Shown: positions 1-10,949, numbered from the stretch's first letter. The stretch is DNA of 64,000 bases from the human T2T-CHM13v2.0 reference genome, Homo sapiens (GCF_009914755.1 NC_060926.1); one strand, 5' to 3'. Numbers and translations are program-made. The notes: generated by a model not told the origin, from the letters alone.

Positions 1-59
1 AAAATTTGTGGTATGCTGTTAAGCAAAAATTTGAGGAAAATTTACAGAATTAAATGTTA

Positions 60-451
60 ATAATCGAAAAAAAGTTGTCATATCAGCTTCCCCTTTAATA
101 AAATAGAAAAAGAGGAGCAATGTAAACCTATAATAAGCAGAATAAAAGAAATTAACACCAGGAGAAATCAATGAAATAGAAATTTGAAAAAATAGTAGAA
201 AAGATCAACGACTCAAAAGAGGTTTATTGAAACCAATACAGTAGACTCCCCTTATCCATAATTTTGCTTTCTGTGGGTTCAGTTACCCACAGTATATAGT
301 ACAATAAAATGCAAAACTGATAAACCCCTAGCCACTCTGATCAGGGAATAAATGAAGACACAAATTGCCAATTTCAGAAATGAAAGAAGGGGTATCACTG
401 CAAAGTCTGCAAATATTAAAAGAAAAATAAGAAAATATTGTAAACAGTATT
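60..451 (+). mobile_element. Old L1 (L1M-type) ORF2 fragment, the integration target of the HERV-H provirus
   Basis: L1 ORF2-like tracts gaaatcaatgaaatagaa...aaaagatcaac and gataaacccctagcca...aagacacaaattgccaatttcagaaatgaaagaaggggtatcactgca. Confidence 0.8.
239..300 (+). mobile_element. Short Tigger-derived (MER44-like) DNA transposon end inside the L1
   Basis: TA followed by cagtagactccccttatccataattttgctttctgtgggttcagttaccc resembles the MER44/Tigger7 terminus. Confidence 0.55.
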
Positions 452-775
452 TGTCATGCCTCTGAGCCCAAGCCTGCACATATACATCCAGATGGCCTGA
501 AACAACTGAAGAATCACAAAAGAAGTGAAAATGGTCAATTCTTGCCTTAACTGATGACATTACCTTGTGAAATTCCTTCTCCTGGCTCAGAAGGTCCCCC
601 ACTGAGCACCTTGTGACCCCCGCCCCTGCCCACCAGAGAACAACCCCTGCCCCACCCCTAACTCCCTTTGCTGACTCTCTTTTCCGACTCAGCCTGCCTG
701 CACCCAGGTAATTAAAAAGCTTTATTGCTCACACAAAGCCTGTTTGGTGACCTCTTCACATGGATGTGCGTGACA
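452..775 (+). mobile_element. 5' LTR7 (324 bp, TATA region deleted)
   Basis: tgtcatgcctctgagcccaagcc...gcgtgaca; aligns to 6775-7140 except a ~43-bp gap; attaaa poly(A) signal at 711-716. Confidence 0.95.
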
Positions 776-777
776 TT

Positions 778-795
778 TGGTGCCATGACTTGGAT
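778..795 (+). promoter_or_regulatory. Primer binding site complementary to tRNA-His
   Basis: tggtgccatgacttggat versus TGGTGCCGTGACTCGGAT (two CpG transitions), 2 nt after the LTR end. Confidence 0.93.
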
Positions 796-918
796 CAGGG
801 GACATCCCTTGGGATATCAATCCCCTGTCCTCCTGCTCTTTGCTCCATGAGAAAGAGCCACCTACAACCTCTGGTCCTCAGACCAATCAGCCCAAGGAAC
901 ATCTCACCAATTTTAAAT

Positions 919-927
919 CAGGTAAGC
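919..927 (+). promoter_or_regulatory. HERV-H major splice donor
   Basis: cag|gtaagc about 145 nt downstream of the 5' LTR, the usual HERV-H leader donor position. Confidence 0.7.
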
Positions 928-1307
928 GGCCTCTTTCTATTCTCTTCTCTAACCTCTCTCACTATCCCTCAACCTCTTTCTCCTTTCAATTTTGGTGCTA
1001 CCCTTCAATCTCTCCCTTCCCTTAATTTCAGTTCCTTTCACTTTCTGGTAGAGACAGAGGAGATGTGTTTTATCCGTGAACCCAAAACTCCAGCACCGGT
1101 CACGGACTCAGGAAGACAGTCTTCCCTTAGTGTTTAATCACTGCAGGGATGCCTGCCTGATTATTCACCCACATTTCAGCGGTGTCTGATTACCATGGGG
1201 ATGCCTGCCTTGATCCTTCACCTTGGTGGCAAGCACCACCTCCCAAGGGGGCAAGTACCCCCCCACCTCTTCTCTCTTTGTCTCTACCCTCTCTTTGCTC
1301 CTTCACT

Positions 1308-2548
1308 ATGGGCAATCTTCCACCTTCCATTCCTCCTTCTTCTCCCTTAGCCTGTGTTCTCAAGAACTTAAAACCTCTTCAACTCACACCTGACCTAAAA
1401 CCTAAGTGCCTTATTTTTTTCTGCAATAACACTTGACCCCAATACAAACTCAACAATGGTTCCAAATAGCCAGAAAATGGCACTTTCAATTTCTCCATCC
1501 TACAAAATCTAGATAATTCTTATGGAAAAATGGGCAAATGGTCTGAGGTGCCTGACGTCCAGGTATTCTTTTACACATCAGTCCTTCCCTAATCTCTGCT
1601 CCCAATGCAACTCATCCCAAATCTTTCTTCTTTCTCTTCTGTCTGTTCCTTCAGTCTCCACCCCAAGCTCTGAGTCCTTTGAATTCTCCTTTTCTATGGA
1701 CTCATCTGACCTCTCCCCTCCTCCCCAGGCTGCTCCTTGCCAGACTGAGCCAGGTCCCAATTCCTCCTTGGCCTCCACCCTATAATCCTTCTATCACCTC
1801 CCTTCCTAACACCTGGTCCAACTTACAGTTTCATTCTGCAACTAGCCCTCCCCAACCTGCCCAACAATTTCCTCTTAAAGAAGTGGCTGCATCTAAAGGC
1901 ATAGTCAAGGTTAATGCTCCTTTTTTTTTATCTGACCTCTCCCTATCCGACCTCTCCCAAATCAGTTAGCGTTTAGGCTTTTCTTCATCAAATATAAAAG
2001 CTCAGCCCAGTCCATGGCTTGTTTGGCAACAACCCTTAGATGCTTTACAGCCTTGGACCCAGAGAGGCCAGAAGGGGCCATCTTATTCTCAATATGCATT
2101 TTATTACCCAATCCACTCCCGACATTAAAAAAAGCTCCAAAAATTAAATTCCAGTCCTCAAACCCCACAGCAAGACTTAATTAACCTTGCCTTCAAGGTG
2201 TGCAATAATAGAGAAGAGTTGCAATTACTTGCTTCCACTGTGAGAAAAATCCCAGCCACAACTCCAGCACACAAGAACTTCAAAATGCCTGAACTGCAGT
2301 GGCCAAGGGTTCCTCCAGGACCTCCTCCCCCAGGATCTTGCTTCAAGTGCCAAAAATCTGGCCACTGGGTCAAGAAATGCCCGCAGCCCGGGATTCCTCC
2401 TAAGCCATGTCCCATCGGTGTGGGACCCCACTGGAAATCGGCCTGTCCAACTCACCTGGCAGCCACTCCCAGAGCCCCTAGAGCTCTGGCCCAAGGCTTT
2501 CTGACTGACTCCTTCCCAGATCTGCTCAGCTTAGCGGCTGAAGACTGA
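1308..2548 (+). pseudogene. gag: Disrupted HERV-H gag
   Basis: MGNLPPSIPPSSPLACVLKNLKPLQL N-terminus; CFKCQKSGHWVKKC CCHC knuckle; ends LAAED-stop; several stops and frameshifts. Confidence 0.9.
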
Positions 2549-5500
2549 TGCTGCCTGATCTCCTTGGAGGCCCCCTGGACCATCACGGACGCTGAGCTTC
2601 GGGTAACTCTCACAGAGGACAGTAAGTCCATCCCCTTCTTCATCAATACGGAGGCTATCCACTCCACATTACCTTCTTTTCAAGGGCCTGTTTCCCTTGC
2701 CTCCATAACTGTTGTGGGTGTTGACGGCCAGACTTCTAAACCTCTTAAAACTCCCCAACTCTGGTGCCAACTCGGACAACATTCTTTTGTGCACTCCTTT
2801 TAAGTTATCCCCACCTGCCCAGTTCCCTTATTAGATCGAGGCATTTTAACTAAATTATCTGCTTCCCTGACTATTCCTAGGCTACAGCCACACCTCATTA
2901 CCGCCCTTTTCCCCAGTTCAAAGCCTCCTTCGCATCCTCCCCTTGTATCTCCCCACCTTAACCCACAAGTATAGGACATCTCTACTCCCTCCTTGGCGAC
3001 CGATCATGCACCCCCTACCATCCCATTAAAACCTAATCAACCTTACCCCACTCAATGCCAATATCCCATCCCACAGTACGCTTTAAAAGGATTAAAGCCC
3101 GTTATCACTCGCCTTTACAGGATGGCCTTTTAAAGCCTATGAACTCTCCTTACAATTCCCCATTTTACCTGTCCAAAAACTGGACAAGTCTCACAAGTTA
3201 GTTCAGGATCTGCGCCTTATCAACCAAATTGTTTTGCCTATCCACCCCATGGTGCCAAACCTATGTACCCTTCTATCCTCAATACCTCCCTTCACAACCC
3301 ATTATTCTGTTCTGGATCTCAAACATGCTTTCTTTACTATCCCTTTGCGCCCTTCACCCCAGCCTATCTTCACTTTTACTTGGACTGACCCTGACACCCA
3401 TCAGGCTCAGCAAATTACCTGGGCTGTACTGCCACAAAGCTTCATGGACAGCCCCCATTACTTCAGTCAAGCCCAAATTTCTTCCTCATCCATTACCTAT
3501 CTCGGCATAATTCTTCATGAAAACACACATGCTGTCCCTGCTGATCATGTCTGGCTAATCTCCCAAACCCCAACCCCTTCTACAAAACAACAACTCCTTT
3601 CCTTCCTAGGCATGGTTAGGTACTTCTACCTTTGGATACCTAGTTTTACCATCCTGACTAAACCATTATATAAACTCACAAAACAAAAAACAAACAAACA
3701 AACAAACACAAAACCTAGCTGACCCCATAAATCCTAAATACTTTCCCCATTTCCCTTTCCATTCCTTAAAAAACAGCCCGAAAAGCTGCTCCCAAACTAG
3801 TTCTCCCTAATTCATCCCAACCCTTTTTCATTACACACAGCCGAAGTGCAGGGTTATGCAGTTGGAATTCTTACACAAGAGCCGGGATCACGCCCTGTAG
3901 CCTTTCTGTCCAAACAACTTGACCTTACTGTTTTAGGCTGGCTGCCACATTATTCCTGATACCACACCTGACCCCCATGACTGTGTCTCTCTGATCCACC
4001 TGGCATTCACTTGATTTCCCCATATTTCCTTCTTTCCTGTTCTCACCCTGATCACACTTGGTTTATCAATGGCAGTTCCACCAGGCCTAATTGCCACTCA
4101 CCAGCAGAGGCAGGCTATGCTGTAGCAGTATCTTCCACATCTATCCTTGAGGCTACCACTCTGCCCCCCTCCACTATCTCTCAGCAAGCTGAACTCATTG
4201 TCTTAACTCGAGCTCTAACTCATGCAAAGGGACTACACGTCAATATTTATACTGACTCTAAATATGCCTTCCATATCCTGCACCACCATGCTGTTCTATG
4301 GGCTGAAAGAGGTTTTCTCACTATCCAAGTGTCCTCCATCATTAATGCCTCTTTAATAAAAATTCTTCTCAAGGCCCCTTTACTTCCAAAGGAAGTTGGA
4401 GTCATTCACTGCAAGGGTCATCAAAAGGCATCAGATCCTACTGCTCAGAGCAACAGTTATGCTGATAAGGTAGCTAAGGAAGCAGCTAGCATTCCAACTT
4501 CTGTCCCTCACGGCCAGTTTTTCTCTTCATCGGTCACTCCCACCTACCCTCCCACTGAAACTTCCACCTAACAATCTCTTCCCACACAAGGCAAACGATT
4601 CTTGGACCAAGGAAAATATCTCCTTCCAGCCTCACAGGCCCATTCTATTCTGTCATCATTTCATAACCTCTTCCATGTAGGTTATAAGCTGCTAGCCTGC
4701 CTCTTAGAACCTCTCATTTCCTTTCCATCGTGGAAATCTATCCTCAAGGAAATCACTTCTCAATGTTCCATCTGCTGTTCTACTACTCCTCAGGGATTGT
4801 TCAGGCCACCTCCCTTCCCTACACATCAAGCTCGAGAATTTGCCCCTGCCCAGGACTGGCAAATTGACTTTACTCACATGCCCAAGTCAGGAAACTAAAA
4901 AACCTCTTGGGCTGGGTAGACACTTTCACTGGATGGGTAAAGGCTTTCCCACAGGGTCTAAGAAGGCCACCATGGTCATTTCTTTCCTTTTATCAGACAT
5001 AATTCCTCAGTTTGGCCTTCCTACCTCTATACAGTCCAATAACAGACCGGCCTTTATTAGTCAAATCACCCAAGCAGTTTCTCAGGCTCTTAGTATTCAG
5101 TGGAATCTTCATACCCCTTACCATCCTCAATCTTCAGGAAAAGTAAAACAGACTAATGGTCTTTTAAAGACACAACTCACCAAGCTCAGCCTCCAACTTA
5201 AAAAGGACTGGACAGTACTTTTACCTCTTGCCCTTCTCAGAATTAGAGACTGTCCTTGAGATGCTACAGGGTATAGTCCATTTAAACTTTTATATAGACG
5301 CACTTTCTTGCTCTGCCCCAATCTCGTCCCAGACACAAGCCCTCTAGGTGACTACCTTCCAGTCCTCCAGCAGGCTAGACAGAAAATTTGCCAGGCTGCT
5401 AATCTTCTCTTGCCTACTCCAGATTCCCAACTATGTAAAAACACCCTAGCTGGATGATCATTTCTTGATAAAAATCTGACCCCTCAAACACTACAATCCG

Positions 5501-5720
5501 GATGAACCAGACCCTACTTAATCATCTATAGTACCCCAAATGCCATCTGCCTGCAGGATCCTCCCCACTGGGTTCACCATTCCAGAATAAAGCTGCATCC
5601 GTTTGACAGCCAGCTTAGGCAGCCTAATCTCTCCTCTTCCTCCTGGAAGTCGCAAGTACTCTCCCCTACTTGCCTTAAACTCACTTGCATTTCTGAAGAA
5701 CAGTAATAACCTTCATGAGC
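2549..5720 (+). pseudogene. pol: Disrupted, internally deleted HERV-H pro-pol (PR, RT, RNase H, IN)
   Basis: ORF pieces LDLKHAFF and WAVLPQSFMDSP (RT), NIYTDSKYAF and HCKGHQ (RNase H), WQIDFTHMP and HTPYHPQSSGKV (IN); the YxDD segment is absent. Confidence 0.93.
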
Positions 5721-6043
5721 CTAATACATCCCTTCATTCTATTAGGTCTATTCGTCCTTACCCCACTTTTTGTAACAGGGCTTTACCCAGGCACCACCAC
5801 TACTTGGACTGTGCCCCCAAAAACTTGTCATCCCTACTATCTTCTGTCTAGTCATATGCCTATTCACCGTTCTCAACTACTCATAAATGCCCTGCTCTTG
5901 TTTACACTGCCGATTTACACTGTTTCTCCAAGCCATCACAGCTGATATCTCCTGGTGCTATCCCCAAACTGCCACTCTTAACTCCCTCTTAAAATAAATA
6001 AATAATCTTTACTGGCAGGGCACCCTCCAATACTTTCACCCTG

Positions 6044-6660
6044 ATGAAGTCCTATTATTTACTTTTATACTCACTCTTATTCTCGTTCCCGTTCTTATGC
6101 CACCCTCTACCTCTCCCCAGCTATCTCCACCACACTATCAATCTCACTCACTTTATCCTAGCTATTTCTAATCCTTCTTTAAAAAACAATTGCTGGCTTT
6201 GCATTTCTCTTTCCTCCAAAATCGCCCAGGCCTTGACTTACTCACTGCTAAAAAGAAAGGGGGGACTTTGTGTATTTTTAAATGAAGAGTGTTGTTTTTA
6301 CCTAAATCAATCTGGCCTGGTGTATGACAACATAAAAAAACTCAAGGATAGAGCCCAAAAACTTGCCAACCAAGCAAGTAATTACACTGAACCCCCTTGA
6401 GCACTCTCTAATTGGATGTCCTGGGTCCTCCCAATTCTTAGTCCTTTAATACCTGTTTTTCTCCTTCTCTTATTTGGACCTTGTGTCTTCTGTTTAGTTT
6501 CTCAATTCATACAAAACCACATCCAGGCCATCACCAATCATTCTATATGACAAATGCTCCTTCTAACAACCCCACAAAATCACCCCTTACCACAAAATCT
6601 TCCTTCAGCTTAATCTCTCCCACTCTAGGTTCCCACGCTGCCCCTAATCCCGCTCAAAGC
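6044..6660 (+). pseudogene. env: Deleted HERV-H env remnant (short SU stub joined to TM)
   Basis: CWLC motif joined directly to an immunosuppressive-domain remnant and GGLCVFLNEECCFYLNQSG (CX6CC). Confidence 0.9.
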
Positions 6661-6761
6661 AGCCCTGAGAAACATCACCCATTATCTCTCCATACTACCC
6701 CCAAAAATTTTCACCGCCACAACACTTCAATACTATTTTGTTTTATTTTTCTTATTAATGT

Positions 6762-6774
6762 AAGAAGACAGGAA
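6762..6774 (+). promoter_or_regulatory. Polypurine tract
   Basis: aagaagacaggaa immediately before the 3' LTR. Confidence 0.85.
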
Positions 6775-7140
6775 TGCCAGGCCTCTCAGCCCAAGCCTGC
6801 ATATATACATCCAGATGGCCTGAAGCAACTGAAGAATCACAAAAGAAGTGAAAATGGCCAGTTCCTGCCTTAACTGATGACATTATCTTGTGAAATTCCT
6901 TCTCCTGGCTCAGAAGCTCCCCCACTGAGCACCTTGTGACCCCTGCCCCTGCCCGCCAGAGAACAACCTCCTTTGACTGTAATTTTCCACTACCCACCCA
7001 AATCCTATAAAACTGCCCCACCCCCATCTCCCTTATTGACTCTCTTTTCGGACTCAGCCTGCCTGCACCCAGGTGATTAAAAAGCTTTATTGCTCACACA
7101 AAGCCTGTTTGGTGGTCTCTTCACATGGACGTGCATGACA
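6775..7140 (+). mobile_element. 3' LTR7 (366 bp, TATA intact)
   Basis: tgccaggcctctcagcccaagcc...gcatgaca; TATAAAA at 7006-7012; attaaa at 7076-7081. Confidence 0.96.
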
Positions 7141-7262
7141 ATATTCACAATATTCAAAACTGGGCTACTGCACAGTTGTCTTTAACATCATCGTGAGATG
7201 ATGTTAAACGTTAAGAATTCTCTTTAACGTCATCCTGAGGATTACCTCTTTCCTTCTTTTAT

Positions 7263-9974
7263 GCCCAGTTCATGGTCTGCTTAGCAACAACCCTTAGATG
7301 CTTTACTGCCCTAGACCCAGAGGGCCAGAAGGCCGCCTTATTCTTAATATGCATTTTATCACCCAGTCAGCTCCTGACATTAGAAAAATCTTCAAAATTG
7401 GAATCGGGCCCTCAAACCCCACAACAGGAATTAATCAACCTCCCCTTCAAGGTGTACAATAATAGAGAGGAGGTAGCCACACAATAATGCATTTCTGAGT
7501 TACAGCTACTTGCCTCTGCTGTAAGTCAATCCACAACCACGTCTCCAGCATACAAAAACTTCAGAACATCCAAGCCACAGCTCCCAGGGACTCCTTCAAA
7601 ACATCCTCGTGGACCTTGCTTCAAATGCCAAAGCCTGGCCACTGGGCCTCAGAATGCCCGCAGCCTGGGATTCCTCCTAAGCCGTGCCCTGTCTGTGCAG
7701 GCACCCACTGGAAATCGGACTGACTCACATTGCCGCTGCTCCTAAAGCCCCTGGAGCCCAAACCCAACGTTCCTTGGCTGACTCCTTCCCAGATCTCCTC
7801 AGCTTAGCAGCTGAAGACTGATGCTGCCTGATCGCCTCGGAAGCCCCCGGACCATCATGGATGCCAAGCCTTGGGTAACTCTTACAGTGGAGGGTAAGTC
7901 CGTCCCCTGTTTAATCAATATGGGGGCTACCCATTCCACATTACCTTCTTTTCAAAGGCCTGTTTCCCTTGCCCCCATAACTGTTACGGGTATTGACAGC
8001 CAAGCTTCAAAACCCCTTAAAACTCCCCCACTCTGGTGCCAACTTGGACAACATTCTTTTATGCACTCTTTTTTAGTTATCCCCACCTGCCCAGTTCCCT
8101 TATTAGGCCGAGACATTTTAACCAAATTATCTGCTTCCCTGATTATTCCTGGACTACAGCCACATCTCATTGCCACCCTTCTTCCCAACCCAAAGCCTCC
8201 TTCACGTCTTCCTCTAGTATCCCCCACCTTAACCCACAAGTATGGGACACCTCCACTCCCTCCCTGGCAACCGATCACATGCCCATTACTATCCCATTAA
8301 AACCTAATCACCCTTACCCAGCTCAACACCAGTATCCCTTCCCACAGCAGGCTTTAAAAGGATTAAAGCCTGTTATCACTCGCCTGTTACAGCATGGGCT
8401 TCTAAAACCTATGAACTCTCCTTACAACTCTCCCATTTTACCTGTTCAAAAACCAGACAAGTCCTACAGGTTAGTTCAGGATCTGTGCCTTATCAACCAA
8501 ATTATTTTGCCTATCCACCCTGTGGTGCCCAACCCGTACACTCTTTTGTCCTCAATACCTTCCTCCACAACTTACTATTCCATTCTTGATCTTAAAGATG
8601 CTTTTTTCACTATTCCCCTACACCCCTCATCCCAGCCTCTCTTTGCTTTTACCTGGACTGACCCTCACACCCATCAGTCCCAGCAACTTACCTGGGCTGT
8701 ACTGCCACAAGGCTTCAGGGACAGCCCTCATTACTTCAGCCAACCTCTTTCTCAAGATTTACTTTCTTTCCACCCCTCCGCTTCTCACCTTATTCAATAT
8801 ATTGATTACCTTCTACTTTGTAGCCCCTCCTTTGAATCTTCTCAAAAAGACAACCTCCTGCTCCTTCAACATTTATTCTCTAAGAGATATTGGGTATCCC
8901 CCTCCAAAGCTCAAATTTCTTCTCCATCCTTTACCTACCTTGGCGTAATTCTTCATAAAAACACACATGCTCTCCCTGCTGATCATGTCTGACTGATCTC
9001 TCAAACCCCAACCCCTTCTACAAAACAACTCCTTTCCTTCCTGGGCATGGTTGGATACTTTCGCCTTTGGATACCTGGTTTTGCCATCCTAACAAAACCA
9101 TTATATAAACTCACAAAAGGAAACCTAGCTGACCCCATAGATCCTAAATCCTCTCCCCACTCCCCTTTCTGTTCCTTGAAGATAGCTTTAGAGACTGCTC
9201 CCACACTAGCTCTCCCTGACTCATCCCAACCCTTTTCATTACACACAGCCCAAGTGCAGGGCTGTGCAGTCAGAATTCTTACACAAGGACTGGGACCGCA
9301 CCCTGTAGCCTTTTTGTCCAAACAACTTGACCTTACTGTTTTAGGCTGGCCATCATGTCTCCATGCGGTGGCCGCCACTGCCCTAACACTTTTAGAGGCC
9401 CTCAAAATCACAAACTATGCTCAACTCACTCTCTACAGTTCTCACAACTTCCAAAATCTATTTTCTTCCTCACACCTGACACATATATTTTCTGTTCTCC
9501 AATTCCTTCAGCTGTACTCACTCTTTGTTGAGTCTCCCACAATTACCATTGTTCCTGGCCCAGACTTCAATCTGGCCTCTCACATTATTCCTGATACCAC
9601 ACCTGACCCCCATGACTGTATCTCTCTGATACACCTGGCATTGACTCCATTTCCCCATATTTCCTTCTTTCCTGTTCCTCACCCTGATCATACCTGGTTT
9701 ATTGATGGCAGTTCCAGCAGGCATAATCGCCATACACCAGCAAAGGCAGGCTATGCTATAGTATCTTCCACATCTATCATTGAGGCTACCACTCTGCCCC
9801 TCTCCACTACCTCTCAGCAAGCCAAACTCATTGCCTTAACTCGAGCCCTCATTCTTGCAAAGGAATTGTGTCAATATTTATATTGACTCTAAATATGCCT
9901 TCCATATCCTTCACCACCATGCTGTTACATAGGGAGAAAGAGGTTTCCTCACTACACAAGGGTCCTCCATCATT
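7263..9974 (+). mobile_element. Second, LTR-less HERV-H internal segment (gag 3' half, pro, RT, RNase H) with undeleted pol
   Basis: Collinear with ~2005-4344 of the provirus but divergent and carrying two extra pol blocks; no PBS, PPT or LTR of its own. Confidence 0.93.
7821..9886 (+). pseudogene. pol: pro-pol pseudogene: PR, then RT-connection-RNase H in one frame with a single internal stop
   Basis: ORFs 8036-8992 and 9047-9886 share a frame, separated by TGA 8990-8992; motifs LDLKDAFF, LPQGFRDSP, YIDY (defective YIDD), WFIDGSS. Confidence 0.9.
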
Positions 9975-10266
9975 CTCAGCAAACTGACACAGGAACAGAA
10001 AACCAAACACCACACATTCTCACTCATAAGTGGGAGTTGAACAGTGAGAACGCAGACACAGGGAGGGGAACATCACACACCGAGGCCTGCTGGCGGGTGG
10101 GAGACAAGGGGAGGGATAGCATTAGGAGAAATACCTAACGCATGTGGAGTTTAAAACCTAGATGATGGGTTGATAGGTGCAGCAAACCACCATGTCACAT
10201 ATATACCTATGTAACAAACCTTCACATTCTGCACATGTATCCCAGAACTTAAAGTATAATAAAAAA
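9967..10266 (+). mobile_element. 5'-truncated primate L1 3' end (L1PA7/L1PA8-like) with short A tail
   Basis: ccatcattctcagcaaactgacacaggaacagaaaaccaaacac...ttaaaacctagatgatgggttgataggtgcagcaaaccacc...cagaacttaaagtataataaaaaa. Confidence 0.93.
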
Positions 10267-10349
10267 GGAAAGAAATATGGTTTTCTTTTTAATTGCTGTG
10301 GTTTGAATTGGATTTCAATTACTTGATGAAAACGTTACCAGACACCTCT

Positions 10350-10878
10350 CATACACCACTTTAAATTTTCTCATCCAACCCCTTACTCTAGCCAGGGTTG
10401 CAGCAACCAGCCCTACTTCCCTTTGAATAGCTCCATGCTGATGTCATCTGACAGCATCTCACTTGAGGCTGCCCTGAGTACCTCTCACTCCTGCCCCTGG
10501 GATTCTCTCATGCTGCAGCATGGAGCATCCATGAAAATCCACTTGATGTCCATGCATGTGCAATCTGCAAGTACAGATAAATTCTCACCCTTGAGGTTAC
10601 CCTTGACTAATTGGAGACAGAACCAGTGAATAAATGCTTCCTAAATAGATGGCTCCGATGCTCATTTCATGAAGTTCCTCAGGCGATCCTGCAGAATCAA
10701 GCACAGTCACGCACAGTGAAGCCAGCTTAAGAGCACGTCCATGTTTTGGCTTTCCCTAGTTTCCTGCTAAATGGCTCTTATTCTTCACTCTGGAACCCTG
10801 AGATCACTTTCCAAATAAACTTCTTTCATGACATGCTTTCACTCAGGCTCTGCTTGGAGAGAAATTCTGGCTAATCAC
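10350..10878 (+). mobile_element. Old ERVL solo LTR (LTR16-like)
   Basis: 3' end tccaaataaact...ctcaggctctgcttggagagaaattctggctaa resembles the LTR16 terminus; boundaries approximate. Confidence 0.6.
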
Positions 10879-10949
10879 TTTAATTTTACCAATTTTTTAA
10901 ATTCCACAATTTAAAAAAAGCCTTGTCCATAAACTATGTGAAAACCCTC

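Larger units (their letters stand above)
452..7140 (+). mobile_element. HERV-H provirus with two LTR7-type LTRs (common pol/env-deleted form)
   Basis: TG...CA LTRs at both ends, His-tRNA PBS, gag zinc knuckles, pro/RT/RNaseH/IN/env remnants, PPT; 5-bp TSD gtatt (447-451) / atatt (7141-7145) with one mismatch. Confidence 0.97.

Noticed and set aside
760-1137. 125-aa ORF in the HERV-H leader
   Set aside because: Pre-gag leader sequence with no recognisable domain; typical of decayed HERV-H
452-7140. LTR7up-type pluripotency-active HERV-H
   Set aside because: The LTRs are short, carry a single acaaaagaag block, differ by ~7%, and the 5' LTR lacks TATA; this fits an older LTR7 subtype
6775-9974. 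Classic tandem provirus sharing a middle LTR
   Set aside because: No PBS or leader follows the 3' LTR, a TSD-like atatt does, and the second segment is a different lineage starting mid-gag
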